Both the position numbers and the translations under genes were made by a program. The notes beneath the pieces were generated by a model, which did no database searches, had not been told where the DNA came from, and worked only from the letters and a program-made list of their open reading frames with translations. A DNA stretch of 64,000 nt from Rikenellaceae bacterium (lineage in GTDB: Bacteria > Bacteroidota > Bacteroidia > Bacteroidales > UBA932): contig JAYFOS010000018.1 in the NCBI GenBank assembly GCA_034928745.1, forward strand, positions 2,103 to 66,102. Reading direction: 5' to 3'. The stretch's first letter is position 1. Each line of letters opens with the position of its first letter. This document shows positions 40,087 to 49,908 of this stretch, in pieces.

Positions 40087-40702
40087 TTCCGGGATTGATT
40101 TTAGCTATCTGTCTACAGCTTACTTGCCTCCTGTCGCTTATCTAAAGGTGATTGCAGGTTCTACTGTAACTTTTATAGAAAAGTTTGAAAACTATCAGAA
40201 GCAATCCTACAGAAACCGTTGTTACATATATAGTGCAAACGGTTCATTACCTTTAATCATACCCGTAGTCAGGGGTGGCGATGACAGAAAGATTGATCTG
40301 GTTAGGATAGACTATTCCAAAGAGTGGCAGAAACAGCACTGGAGAGCGATCTTTTCAGCATATAATACATCTCCCTTTTTCGACTATTATAAAGATGATC
40401 TTTTTCAGTTTTATAGTGATAAGGAGAAATACCAATTCCTTTTTGACTTCAACACAAACCTTCTTATTTCAATTCTTGAGCTTATAGGTCTGGATGTCAA
40501 GCCCGAATTCACCACAGAATACCGAGAGTGTGTTGAAGGAAAGGATTTCAGAGATATTATTCATCCCAAAAGAGTTGAAGAGACCGAAAATAAATATGGG
40601 CAATACCATCAGGTATTTGCCCATAAATACGGATTTCTTAAAAACCTCTCTATCATTGACCTTCTCTTCAATGAGGGGCCAAACGTCATCACATACCTTT
40701 AA
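40079..40702 (+). CDS. WbqC-family protein
   Basis: 207 aa with YLPPVAYL near the N-terminus and a C-terminal SIIDLLFNEGP. My recollection of the WbqC family fold, not verified. Confidence 0.65.
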   Translation: MIDSGIDFSYLSTAYLPPVAYLKVIAGSTVTFIEKFENYQKQSYRNRCYIYSANGSLPLIIPVVRGGDDRKIDLVRIDYSKEWQKQHWRAIFSAYNTSPFFDYYKDDLFQFYSDKEKYQFLFDFNTNLLISILELIGLDVKPEFTTEYRECVEGKDFRDIIHPKRVEETENKYGQYHQVFAHKYGFLKNLSIIDLLFNEGPNVITYL

Positions 40703-42249
40703 AACCTAAAACCAATAGTTGCCAATACTTTCCAGGCAGAATAGGTTGATTTGCCGATAGGTGCCGCAATAACCGACTGTCCTGAAATGTTTATATCGTT
40801 GTAAAGTGTAAATTCTTCTGAATTTGAGATTCTTTTTTGTATACCTAAATCAGCAAAAAAACCATTTTCTGTCCTTATCCCTGCACCACAAGAGAGGAAT
40901 TGTGTATCATAGCCGTAGTTCTTTTCCGGATTTTGGTAGAATGCATATCCTGCTCTTAAAGACAGCGATTTTGTCGGTCTGAATTCTGCACCCATTCTGA
41001 TATTACTTGTGTTCTTGAATTCGTTTTTGATAAGGTCATTCTCATCTTCAAAATCGTTAAAATCTCTATCAGTATCATCCATTCTGATACCAGAATAGTT
41101 AACTCCCTCGTAATCGAAAGAGAGGGCTCCTCTTGAGCCGAATACATATGAGACTCCGACATTGGCTTTGGCAGGAGTAATCACTATATATTCGTATGTA
41201 CCTAAAGGAGAATCTATACTAACATCATAATTGTCGTTATATTCGGCATATATGCTCTCACTCCATTCGTCCCTTAATGTCATGTATGTGGGTGTTGAAA
41301 GGCTGAAACCCAATCTGAACCCATTTCCTGGAGCAAAGATTATCCCGGCCTTTGCATTAATACCTGTACCGGTTGTTGTCTGTCTGTATATATGCTCGAA
41401 CTCCTTGAATTTAGAATCAAATTGAGATGTGTTGACAGCGCTCTCTCCATATGATTGCCAGTCTTTGTATTTCAAGGATTGCAATCCGAAGCTGAATCCA
41501 AAATAGAACTTCTCATTAACATTGCCGCTAATAGTAAATGCATATTCAGATAATCCCCCGGTACTCTCTCTTAAAAATCGTTGGTCAAGAGGTCCGCCTA
41601 TTACTATGCTATTTCCTTCAATATTTTCAGTGGCAGCAATATAATCGGAGTTGGAATCAGGAAGTCTGTCCAGAAGGTTTGCATTCCAAGCAAGTACTGA
41701 TCTCCATGCTGCTCCGCTTTGATAGAAAGGATAAGTGTCACCAAGAGAGGTAATATCCAATTCAGCAGAATTTATCCCATTGGTATTGTATGCTACGGAA
41801 GAGAGCCAACTTGAGTTATCAGTAGTGCCTCTGGCAGAGCTTCTGTTATTGTAGTTGTTGAGCTTGTTCATTGTTATTGAAAAGTTCAGCCCCTTCAGAT
41901 TACTCCTTTTTTTATTGTATTTCAATGCGTTGACGTATCCGATTGAAGATATGCCTAGTCTATTGAACCCTTCATCAGAGTTACTTCCCAAATATGAAGT
42001 TTCTGCCAGTGTATGAGACAGAGTGGTCGTAAACATGAATTCTGAATACCTATAAATTCCGGCTGCTGCAGGGTTAATACTTATAACGCCAAGATCCCCG
42101 CCTATTGAGGTCATAGCATTTCCCATCGCAATACTTTTTGCACTTCCCTCGTAAAAATTCTGGGAATACTTTAAGGCGTCATACCTATTCTGCGCCGTCA
42201 TTAATGTTGTTAATATAATGGCGGTTGCGAGTGTTATAATTTTTTTCAT
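40699..42249 (-). CDS. Outer-membrane beta-barrel protein (FadL/OMPP1-like architecture)
   Basis: Signal peptide (TLMTAQ), alternating amphipathic beta-strand pattern throughout and a terminal aromatic (ATIGFRF). 516 aa. Confidence 0.6.
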   Translation of the reverse strand: MKKIITLATAIILTTLMTAQNRYDALKYSQNFYEGSAKSIAMGNAMTSIGGDLGVISINPAAAGIYRYSEFMFTTTLSHTLAETSYLGSNSDEGFNRLGISSIGYVNALKYNKKRSNLKGLNFSITMNKLNNYNNRSSARGTTDNSSWLSSVAYNTNGINSAELDITSLGDTYPFYQSGAAWRSVLAWNANLLDRLPDSNSDYIAATENIEGNSIVIGGPLDQRFLRESTGGLSEYAFTISGNVNEKFYFGFSFGLQSLKYKDWQSYGESAVNTSQFDSKFKEFEHIYRQTTTGTGINAKAGIIFAPGNGFRLGFSLSTPTYMTLRDEWSESIYAEYNDNYDVSIDSPLGTYEYIVITPAKANVGVSYVFGSRGALSFDYEGVNYSGIRMDDTDRDFNDFEDENDLIKNEFKNTSNIRMGAEFRPTKSLSLRAGYAFYQNPEKNYGYDTQFLSCGAGIRTENGFFADLGIQKRISNSEEFTLYNDINISGQSVIAAPIGKSTYSAWKVLATIGFRF

Positions 42250-42257
42250 AATATACT

Positions 42258-43481
42258 TTATCTACGATATACAGATCCACTGCTAGAAGAACTTCTCGTA
42301 CCTTCAGATGAGCCGGCTGATGATCCGGCGCTCGGGTAAGTGCTTGAATGTCTGGTCTGCTGAGAGTAATTTGTGTTATTTCTCTGGTATTCTGATCTTG
42401 TTGAAGAGGTTGATGTAGAGTTCGTTGTCCTGTTATAGTTTGTGGACATGAGATTGCTGCTTCCTTCATTTGTCTGGCGAGCAGGAGCCCTGTAAGAGGT
42501 AGAACTTCTTTCTCCACCATTGGAAGCCCTGGTATAAGAGGTGCCACTTCCACTTCTTTGAGTGCCTTGTCTTGTTGAAACGACATTCTGGTTGTAGACA
42601 GCTCCGTTTGAAAGACGATTCTGGGTATTATCCCTTCTGTATAGACTTTCGGAGGTTTTTGTCCCTTGATAGGTGTTCTTATTAGATGTATTATAACCCC
42701 TTATCTGATTAATATCGGTAGTGGACCTGCGAGAATAACTTCCGGATGACGGAGTGCCGTTTCCTGTGTCCCTCTCATCTGACCCCCTTCTTCCATAGAA
42801 GTAAGAAGAAGCTATATTACCATAGTGCTGGTCATGATACCTTCCCGATCCTCCCCACCAATAATACCAGTTGTCGTAAATGCCGTAGTAAGGGAAATGT
42901 CCATAATAGCCATTATATCCGTAATAGCAACCATAATAGTCGTAAAATCCGTAATAGCCGGGATAATACCAAGGATCCCAGTAACTGTAATAGCCCGGAT
43001 AACAATAAAAACCGTAGTTGCCATAGCCGTAATTACCATAGAAATAAGGGTTGCCGAAACCTCTTCCCCATGCGTAATTCCAATAATAGTAAGGGTTGTT
43101 CCAATACCATCGATAACTCCAATTCTCATCGTCTTCAGCAACTATAACCTGAATCTGATATTCTGGAGAATTGAATTTAGTAAGTAGCTCCTCAAAAGAA
43201 TCATACTCGTTGATGTCAACAAAAACAGTGTCGGCTTTGGACAGAGGGAGGATTGTCTTGCCGCTGTTCTCGTCCACAACGATAACTTCCCTGGTCTTCT
43301 CTTTAAGAGCTTGAAGTTCCTGGTCGGTTGTTTCATCTGTAACATTACGTACGACTTTAACTTCGGTGCCGGGCCTGTAATAAGCGGGGTCGTCGTAAGA
43401 ACCTGATGAGTAGTAATTTGCAGTACCACAAGAACTCAGTAAAAAGGTCAGGGCTACTAAGTAATTAAATTTGTTTTTCAT
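42258..43481 (-). CDS. Lipoprotein with an extreme Tyr/Trp/Gly-rich core and a Ser/Thr/Arg/Asn-rich disordered tail
   Basis: Lipobox LSSC (Cys18), a roughly 100-aa ordinary domain, then residues 120-211 (42849..43124) with 48 of 92 residues Y/W/F and 17 Gly by my count, then about 190 aa of S/T/R/N/G low complexity. Ends 8 nt before the barrel gene on the same strand. Confidence 0.6.
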   Translation of the reverse strand: MKNKFNYLVALTFLLSSCGTANYYSSGSYDDPAYYRPGTEVKVVRNVTDETTDQELQALKEKTREVIVVDENSGKTILPLSKADTVFVDINEYDSFEELLTKFNSPEYQIQVIVAEDDENWSYRWYWNNPYYYWNYAWGRGFGNPYFYGNYGYGNYGFYCYPGYYSYWDPWYYPGYYGFYDYYGCYYGYNGYYGHFPYYGIYDNWYYWWGGSGRYHDQHYGNIASSYFYGRRGSDERDTGNGTPSSGSYSRRSTTDINQIRGYNTSNKNTYQGTKTSESLYRRDNTQNRLSNGAVYNQNVVSTRQGTQRSGSGTSYTRASNGGERSSTSYRAPARQTNEGSSNLMSTNYNRTTNSTSTSSTRSEYQRNNTNYSQQTRHSSTYPSAGSSAGSSEGTRSSSSSGSVYRR

Positions 43482-43512
43482 AGCACACCTCCTGTGTATT
43501 AAATATTATTTA

Positions 43513-43520
43513 TACTTTTG
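43513..43520 (+). promoter_or_regulatory. Candidate -7 promoter box (TACTTTTG) for proS
   Basis: Exact TAnnTTTG, 57 nt upstream of the proS ATG. Confidence 0.3.
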
Positions 43521-43576
43521 TGCTGTTTATACAAAAATACACAAAAATTGTACCAATAACAAATATTTAAATAATA

Positions 43577-45049
43577 ATGGCAAAAGAAGTTAGCAACAAA
43601 GAGGAGAATTATTCACTATGGTATAATAATTTGGTAATCAAGGCTGATTTGGCTGAGAATTCAGCAGTTAGAGGTTGTATGGTAATTAAGCCCTATGGTT
43701 ACGCAATTTGGGAAAAAATGCAGGCTCAACTCGACAGAATGTTCAAAGAGACAGGACATCAGAATGCTTATTTCCCGTTATTTATACCTAAATCTTTTCT
43801 TAGCAGGGAGGCCGAACATGTTGAAGGTTTTGCCAAAGAGTGTGCAGTAGTCACTCACCACAGATTAATGACAAACCCAAATGGTCCTGGCGTGGTGGTT
43901 GATCCGGATGCAAAACTCGAGGAGGAGCTTGTGGTTAGGCCTACGTCCGAGACAATAATATGGAATACATATAAGAATTGGATCAAATCATACAGAGATC
44001 TACCGATACTTGTCAATCAATGGGCAAATGTCGTACGCTGGGAAATGCGTACAAGGCTGTTCCTCAGGACCACTGAGTTCTTGTGGCAAGAGGGCCATAC
44101 GGCTCATTCGACAAAAGATGAGGCAATTGAGGAGACAATGAAGATGGTCAATGTGTATGCTGAATTTGCAAGAAAATATATGTCAATGCCGGTTATTATA
44201 GGTCACAAAACTGAGAGTGAAAGATTTGCCGGAGCATTGGATACATTGTGTATAGAGGCTATGATGCAGGATGGTAAGGCTCTTCAGGCCGGAACATCCC
44301 ATTTTCTCGGGCAAAATTTTGCAAAGGCATTTGATGTGCAGTTTGCAAATAAAGATGGTGGACTTGACTATGTCTGGGCAACATCGTGGGGTGTATCAAC
44401 AAGGCTTATGGGAGCTCTCGTAATGGCTCATAGTGACAACAACGGTTTGGTCCTGCCTCCGAGACTTGCTCCAATACAGGTTGTCATGGTACCGATATTC
44501 AAGACAGAAGAGGATTACAAGCAGATCCTTGAAAGGATGGCAGAAATGAAATCAAGGTTGCTAGCTGTAGGTATATCAGTAAAGATAGACGACAGGGACA
44601 ATTTACGGTCAGGCTTCAAATTTGCAGAGTGGGAACTGAAAGGAGTACCCGTAAGAATTGCAATGGGTCCGAGGGATCTTCAGAATGGAACCGTGGAGAT
44701 TGCAAGAAGGGATACCCTTACTAAAGAGTCAGTCAATCAGGAGGGATTGGAAAACAGAATAGTAGCACTAATGGATGAAATTCAGGAGAATATTTATAAT
44801 AAAGCCCTGAAATTCAGGGAGGAGAATACAATTAGAGTAGACGACTATAAGACTTTTAAAGAAAAAATTGAAGAAGGGGGTTTTCTGATGTGCCATTGGG
44901 ATGGAACCTCTGAAACAGAGGAGAAGATAAAGGAGGAGACAAAGGCAACAATCCGTTGTATCCCTATCGATGCTGAGGATGAGGATGGATTCTGCGTATA
45001 TAGCGGGAAGCCGTCAAAAAGAAGAGTTATATTCGCCAGAGCATATTAA
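43577..45049 (+). CDS. proS: Proline--tRNA ligase (archaeal/eukaryote-like type)
   Basis: Class II motifs ([11 protein letters not shown]-like [28 protein letters not shown]). 490 aa with no INS editing domain and a C-terminal RVIFARAY. Confidence 0.95.
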   Translation: MAKEVSNKEENYSLWYNNLVIKADLAENSAVRGCMVIKPYGYAIWEKMQAQLDRMFKETGHQNAYFPLFIPKSFLSREAEHVEGFAKECAVVTHHRLMTNPNGPGVVVDPDAKLEEELVVRPTSETIIWNTYKNWIKSYRDLPILVNQWANVVRWEMRTRLFLRTTEFLWQEGHTAHSTKDEAIEETMKMVNVYAEFARKYMSMPVIIGHKTESERFAGALDTLCIEAMMQDGKALQAGTSHFLGQNFAKAFDVQFANKDGGLDYVWATSWGVSTRLMGALVMAHSDNNGLVLPPRLAPIQVVMVPIFKTEEDYKQILERMAEMKSRLLAVGISVKIDDRDNLRSGFKFAEWELKGVPVRIAMGPRDLQNGTVEIARRDTLTKESVNQEGLENRIVALMDEIQENIYNKALKFREENTIRVDDYKTFKEKIEEGGFLMCHWDGTSETEEKIKEETKATIRCIPIDAEDEDGFCVYSGKPSKRRVIFARAY

Positions 45050-45103
45050 TATAATTAACATATTTCTTATTTTTACAGAACAAAATTTAAAATCAAATTA
45101 GAA

Positions 45104-45802
45104 ATGGCAGCAGATTTACCGTCCCGACAGCAGGAGATTCTAGATGGTCTAAACAAGAAATCTCACTTGAAACTTAAAGTTTTCAATCAGACTGCTGAGG
45201 TTTTTTCACAATTGAAGGATATTCTGAACGAGATGAGCAACGATCTAAATGATCTCCTTGACAACAACGACAGGCGTGTAAGGCTTGAGTATAGGGACAG
45301 AGGAAAATTTGAGGCTGAGTTCAAGTTTGCAGATGATGTACTTATATTCAGTATGCACTCTGATATTTTTCAGTTTGACAGGAATCATCCTATATGGAAG
45401 AATGAATTTGTAAAAAAGGATATCAACAACGCATATTGTGGAGTAATAAGTATATATAATTTTCTCTCGGATTCCTTAAAGTACAATAGAGGGGATGATC
45501 TTGGATATCTAGTTGCCAGGATTTTCGTAAACAAGGACAAATTTTTTCTTGTTGAAGGCAAAAGGCAAAGAAATAAGGCTGTAAGCGCATTCGGAAAGAT
45601 CTCTCTGGGGCGAGAAGAACTGGTTCAGATTGTAGAGGCGGCTGTTCTCTACTCGCTATCATTTGACCTCCTTGTTCCTCCTTTCGACTTGGTTAAGGTT
45701 GCTAGCGTTGAACAGATGAATGACAAAATTGAGAGTGCAAAGTTACAGACAGGTAAGAGAATGGGATTCAAATACAATTCTGATGATGTACTGGAGGAGT
45801 AG
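45104..45802 (+). CDS. Hypothetical cytoplasmic protein
   Basis: 232-aa ORF with normal composition and no recognisable motif. Confidence 0.5.
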   Translation: MAADLPSRQQEILDGLNKKSHLKLKVFNQTAEVFSQLKDILNEMSNDLNDLLDNNDRRVRLEYRDRGKFEAEFKFADDVLIFSMHSDIFQFDRNHPIWKNEFVKKDINNAYCGVISIYNFLSDSLKYNRGDDLGYLVARIFVNKDKFFLVEGKRQRNKAVSAFGKISLGREELVQIVEAAVLYSLSFDLLVPPFDLVKVASVEQMNDKIESAKLQTGKRMGFKYNSDDVLEE

Positions 45803-46766
45803 TATATTTTTAATCTTTCTGTCTTTTATGACAGTTCATGCGGCATATTCTCAAGATGTTAAACGGACTGAATTGAGTGTCGGACATGAGTTGTGCACAG
45901 TCATTGCGTCTAAATTCAAAGTGCCACAGCTTACACCGCCTCCCCCTAAACCGAGTAACTGGAAACGAGGAGCACTGTTGGATATGGGCCTCACTCAGAC
46001 ATCATTCACAAACTGGGCTGCAGGAGGAAACCCCTCTGTAGCCATGAATGGTTCTGTTAATATGTATGCAAACTACACTCTCAAGACTCTGTTTTGGGAG
46101 AGCCGTCTTCAGGTTGCATACGGCTTCATACAACAATTCGGCGCCCAGAATAAGAAGAGTGACGATAAATTTATTCTTGATTCTAAATTCGGATATAAGG
46201 CCTGGGGAGATAAATTCTATTTTTCCACTCTTTTCAATTTCAAATCACAACTTGCCAATGGGTATAACTACACCTCTGACACGACACGTGTATTGGTTTC
46301 CGGCCCATTTTCACCTGCATACACATCCCTTGGTGTCGGTATTGATTACAGGCCAATTAAAAAGCTTGCCCTGAACTTTTCTCCTCTTACAGGTAGTATG
46401 ACTGTGGTGAATAAAAGAGCTCTCAGGACTAGGTATGGTAATCTAGTCGACCAGAAGATTAAACTAAAGCTTGGGGCTCAATTCAAGGCAGATTATAGTA
46501 CCAAGTTGTTTAAAAGAGTTGATTTGATTACAAGTGCGACCCTCTTTTCAGATTTCCTTGACGATCCTCAAAACCTTACAGTAAACTGGGATATGACCCT
46601 GACATCTAAACTGAATAAGTTTTTTTCGACAAATATAAAGACAAACCTTATTTACGATGACGATATTCTCATTGAAGATTCAAAGGGAGTTGCTGCTCCG
46701 AGAATTCAGTTCAAGGAGATCTTCACATTCGGTTTTTCATACACAATCGGGGATTTTAAAAAATAA
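45783..46766 (+). CDS. Outer-membrane beta-barrel protein (DUF3078-like)
   Basis: Signal peptide IFLIFLSFMTVHAAYSQ, beta-strand periodicity and a C-terminal FGFSYTIGDF. Start moved from 45720 to the ATG at 45783/45786 so that the signal peptide is N-terminal. Confidence 0.6.
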   Translation: MMYWRSSIFLIFLSFMTVHAAYSQDVKRTELSVGHELCTVIASKFKVPQLTPPPPKPSNWKRGALLDMGLTQTSFTNWAAGGNPSVAMNGSVNMYANYTLKTLFWESRLQVAYGFIQQFGAQNKKSDDKFILDSKFGYKAWGDKFYFSTLFNFKSQLANGYNYTSDTTRVLVSGPFSPAYTSLGVGIDYRPIKKLALNFSPLTGSMTVVNKRALRTRYGNLVDQKIKLKLGAQFKADYSTKLFKRVDLITSATLFSDFLDDPQNLTVNWDMTLTSKLNKFFSTNIKTNLIYDDDILIEDSKGVAAPRIQFKEIFTFGFSYTIGDFKK

Positions 46767-48109
46767 TGCTTTCAAAATTTAAAGAGAATCTTGGAACTAC
46801 ACTTGGTAGATGCAAGATACTTGCTGCGGTTAGCGGAGGAGTAGACTCTATGGTCATGGCTTCTCTTCTATACGAATGCTTTAATACTGATTTTGCAATT
46901 GCAACAGTTAATTTCAAGTTGAGAGGTAAGGAGAGTGATGCCGATCATAAGCTTGTATATGACTGGGCTAACAGCAAAGGCATAAAAGTTTTCGGAACAT
47001 CTTTTGATACATCAGACTATGCTGTTTCAAAAGGTATATCTATAGAGATGGCTGCAAGGGAACTGCGTTACGGATGGTTTTACAGGGTTATGGAAGAGGA
47101 GGGCTGTGAGGCACTTGCAATTGCTCATAACTTAAATGATTCTGTTGAAACATTGTTCCTGAATATTCTTAGAGGGACAGGAATCGAGGGACTGGGGGGG
47201 ATAAAAATGAAGACAGGAAGGATAGTAAGGCCTATGTTGTCATTTACAAGAGGGGAAATAATGAATTATGCACAACGGGAGGGAATCCCTTTTAGAGAAG
47301 ACAGTACAAACAGAGAAGATGTCTATGCTCGTAATAGAATAAGAAACAGAGTCTTTCCTGAATTTCAGATGATAAATCCTTCGTTTCTCAGGACAATTGA
47401 ACGTGATATGCTCTATTTCACAGAGGCTTCAGATATCATTAAAAAACAATTGCAACAGGTCAGGTCAGAGATTATAGAGAGGGATAGCTCCAAGGCCACA
47501 TTGAAGATTAGAATTGACAGGCTTCTCTCATTTGAACATTCCAATTACTGGCTATACATGATATTGAGTGATTATGACTTCAATGCTGCACAAGCCAGAC
47601 AGGTCCATGACTCTCTAACTGGTCAATCCGGAAAGGAGTTTCATTCGCGGAATTATATGATTGTTAAGGATAGAGATTATCTGTTGATATATTCAAAGGG
47701 TGAGAGTAATATAGGAGAACTTGGAGAGAGACTAATTGAAAAACCTTCGGGAACTCCCTATTTAATTACAATTCAATCACAGACCATCTCTTTCAGGTTG
47801 TTCAGAAAGGAAAAAGGATTTATGCCTGAACCGTCAAAAGATAAGCTTTATGTTGATACTGAAAAAATTGAATTTCCTTTGACCTGCCGCCTCTGGAGAG
47901 ATGGAGACAGGTTCATCCCTTTAGGAATGAGAGGTTTTAAAAAACTCAGCGACCTCTTTATTGATGAAAAGCTTGACATAAAAAGCAAAGAGCACCGTTT
48001 AGTGCTCTCTGACAATGATAATATTGTTGCAGTACTTGGTCACCGAATTGATGACCGGTATAAAATCACTCCATCAACAAAAGAGATTCTTGAAATAGTC
48101 CTTAGTTAA
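46766..48109 (+). CDS. tilS: tRNA(Ile)-lysidine synthetase
   Basis: PP-loop AAVSGGVDSMV and HNLNDSVETLFLN. 447 aa. Confidence 0.9.
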   Translation: MLSKFKENLGTTLGRCKILAAVSGGVDSMVMASLLYECFNTDFAIATVNFKLRGKESDADHKLVYDWANSKGIKVFGTSFDTSDYAVSKGISIEMAARELRYGWFYRVMEEEGCEALAIAHNLNDSVETLFLNILRGTGIEGLGGIKMKTGRIVRPMLSFTRGEIMNYAQREGIPFREDSTNREDVYARNRIRNRVFPEFQMINPSFLRTIERDMLYFTEASDIIKKQLQQVRSEIIERDSSKATLKIRIDRLLSFEHSNYWLYMILSDYDFNAAQARQVHDSLTGQSGKEFHSRNYMIVKDRDYLLIYSKGESNIGELGERLIEKPSGTPYLITIQSQTISFRLFRKEKGFMPEPSKDKLYVDTEKIEFPLTCRLWRDGDRFIPLGMRGFKKLSDLFIDEKLDIKSKEHRLVLSDNDNIVAVLGHRIDDRYKITPSTKEILEIVLS

Positions 48110-49868
48110 AGTAAATATTGTAGGGTAATCTGGCAAAAGTCCTCACACCCTTCTCTTTCGATAGTTTCATATATGTCCTCTCAAGCGCAGCTGCCGGGTC
48201 TGAAATCACTTTTGCTGCACTTCCGCTGGCTTGCAGTTGCTCCATAATCTTGTCAAATTGAGTCTTCTGTACAGGATATTCAACAACTCTGTAGCTCTCA
48301 AGTGAGCTCATAGCCGCTGCAGACTGAAGGGCTTCATGAATTCCGCCAAGCTCATCAGCCAGTTTTATTCTGATAGCATCATACCCGGACCATATTCTAC
48401 CTTGAGCTATTGAATCTATCTGCCCAACCGAGAGACTCCTGCCTTCTGCCACCAGATTCAGAAATTGGTTGTATATTACCTCTACCTCTTTCTGCATAAA
48501 TGCAATCTCATCGTTGTCCATTGACCTGTATAGGGAGAGAATGTCGCTGTGTTTGTGTGTCTTGACTGTCTCAGGGTTTATAGAGAGGTGTTTCTCTATC
48601 GTTTTCTGGGCATTGAGTGCTAGACTGAAAACTCCAATTGACCCGGTGAGAGTTGTATTGTTGGTAATAATCTTGTCTGCATTTGCGGCAATCCAATAGC
48701 CTCCGGAAGCTGCATAGTCTCCCATGCTTACAACTACCGGCTTTTTCTCCCGGAGGAGTTTTAATTCTCTTTCAATTATGTCGGCACACTGAGCTGAACC
48801 TCCGGGAGAGTTGACCCTGAGAACTACAGCTTTTATAGTACTGTCTTTTCTTATTTTTGAAAGCATTGCAACAAAGTTGTCGGAAGAGATATTATCGTCA
48901 CTTTTACCCATCACAATTTCACCGTTTGCATAAAGGACTGCTATCTTGTTTTTCTCTTTTAGGTTAATTTTTTTGGTGGCTGTTATGTAATCAGCCAATG
49001 TAACAGTTTTCAGATCTTTTTCCTTTTCAACTCCAAAAAGCGACACAAGTGTGTCGGTAAGCTGATCCTTATACATAAGCTCATCAACAAAACCAAGTTC
49101 CTTTACTCTCTGAGAATTAATCATTTCAAGATTGTTGGTTATTTCATTTAACCGCTCTACGGATATGCCTCTTGATTTGGAAATATTTTCAGCCCATGTA
49201 CCCCAAACTGCATCAATGTATGCCTGAAGCTGTTCCCTGTTCTCATCACTCATTTTGTTGCTTATAAACTGTTCTGCAGCAGCTTTAAACTTTCCGTGAC
49301 GTATTAATTGTGCCTGGATTCCCATTTTGTCAAGAAGATCTTTAAAAAACAACGAATTGACGGAAAGTCCGGTAAGTGCAAGTGTGCCGGCAGGATTCAG
49401 AAATATTTTATCAGATACCGTTGCCAGATAATATGCCCCTTGAGAATAATTCTCGGCATAAGAGATAATGGCCTTTCCGCTTTCATGAAATCGGGAAAGA
49501 GCAGCTCTTATCTCTTCAATATGAGAAATTCCGGCATCAATGTCGTTCAGATTCATATAGATGAACTTAATACGCGGATCTGTTGCTGCCGCATCAATTG
49601 CATCAACAACACTGAGAATACCGAGACTTTTTGATGAAAGTTCCAGATTTGTAAGGCTAGCATCAGCAAATGGATCATCTATTGATTGTTCTGTTATACG
49701 ATTAACAAAATTCAGATTTAAAACAGCAGCGGAGGGAACGGTTGGTGTGCTCTTTTCTGCTACTGATGCTATGGAGCTGAATATCCCTATAAGTAGGAAG
49801 ATACCAAGAACCATAGCTATTAAAGAACCGACAAATGTGCCGGCAACAATTTTGAGAAAATTTTTCAT
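48102..49868 (-). CDS. sppA: Signal peptide peptidase SppA, 67K type
   Basis: N-terminal TM followed by two tandem S49 domains. The second carries GDYAASGGYWIA with the Ser nucleophile. Confidence 0.9.
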   Translation of the reverse strand: MKNFLKIVAGTFVGSLIAMVLGIFLLIGIFSSIASVAEKSTPTVPSAAVLNLNFVNRITEQSIDDPFADASLTNLELSSKSLGILSVVDAIDAAATDPRIKFIYMNLNDIDAGISHIEEIRAALSRFHESGKAIISYAENYSQGAYYLATVSDKIFLNPAGTLALTGLSVNSLFFKDLLDKMGIQAQLIRHGKFKAAAEQFISNKMSDENREQLQAYIDAVWGTWAENISKSRGISVERLNEITNNLEMINSQRVKELGFVDELMYKDQLTDTLVSLFGVEKEKDLKTVTLADYITATKKINLKEKNKIAVLYANGEIVMGKSDDNISSDNFVAMLSKIRKDSTIKAVVLRVNSPGGSAQCADIIERELKLLREKKPVVVSMGDYAASGGYWIAANADKIITNNTTLTGSIGVFSLALNAQKTIEKHLSINPETVKTHKHSDILSLYRSMDNDEIAFMQKEVEVIYNQFLNLVAEGRSLSVGQIDSIAQGRIWSGYDAIRIKLADELGGIHEALQSAAAMSSLESYRVVEYPVQKTQFDKIMEQLQASGSAAKVISDPAAALERTYMKLSKEKGVRTFARLPYNIYFN

Positions 49869-49891
49869 AATAATCTTGATAATTAATATGG

Positions 49892-49899
49892 CAAATGTA
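49892..49899 (-). promoter_or_regulatory. Candidate -7 promoter box (TACATTTG on the minus strand) for sppA
   Basis: Exact TAnnTTTG on the minus strand, 24 nt upstream of the sppA ATG. Suggests sppA is not simply read through from the two-component genes. Confidence 0.3.
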
Positions 49900-49908
49900 A
49901 GAAAAACA

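Noticed and set aside
42746-43187. Three alternative ORFs (42746..43147 +, 42812..43141 -, 42825..43187 +) over the Tyr/Gly-rich region
   Set aside because: Low-complexity DNA keeps several frames open. Only the 42258..43481 minus frame has a lipoprotein signal, extends well beyond the repeat region and fits the operon with the barrel gene.
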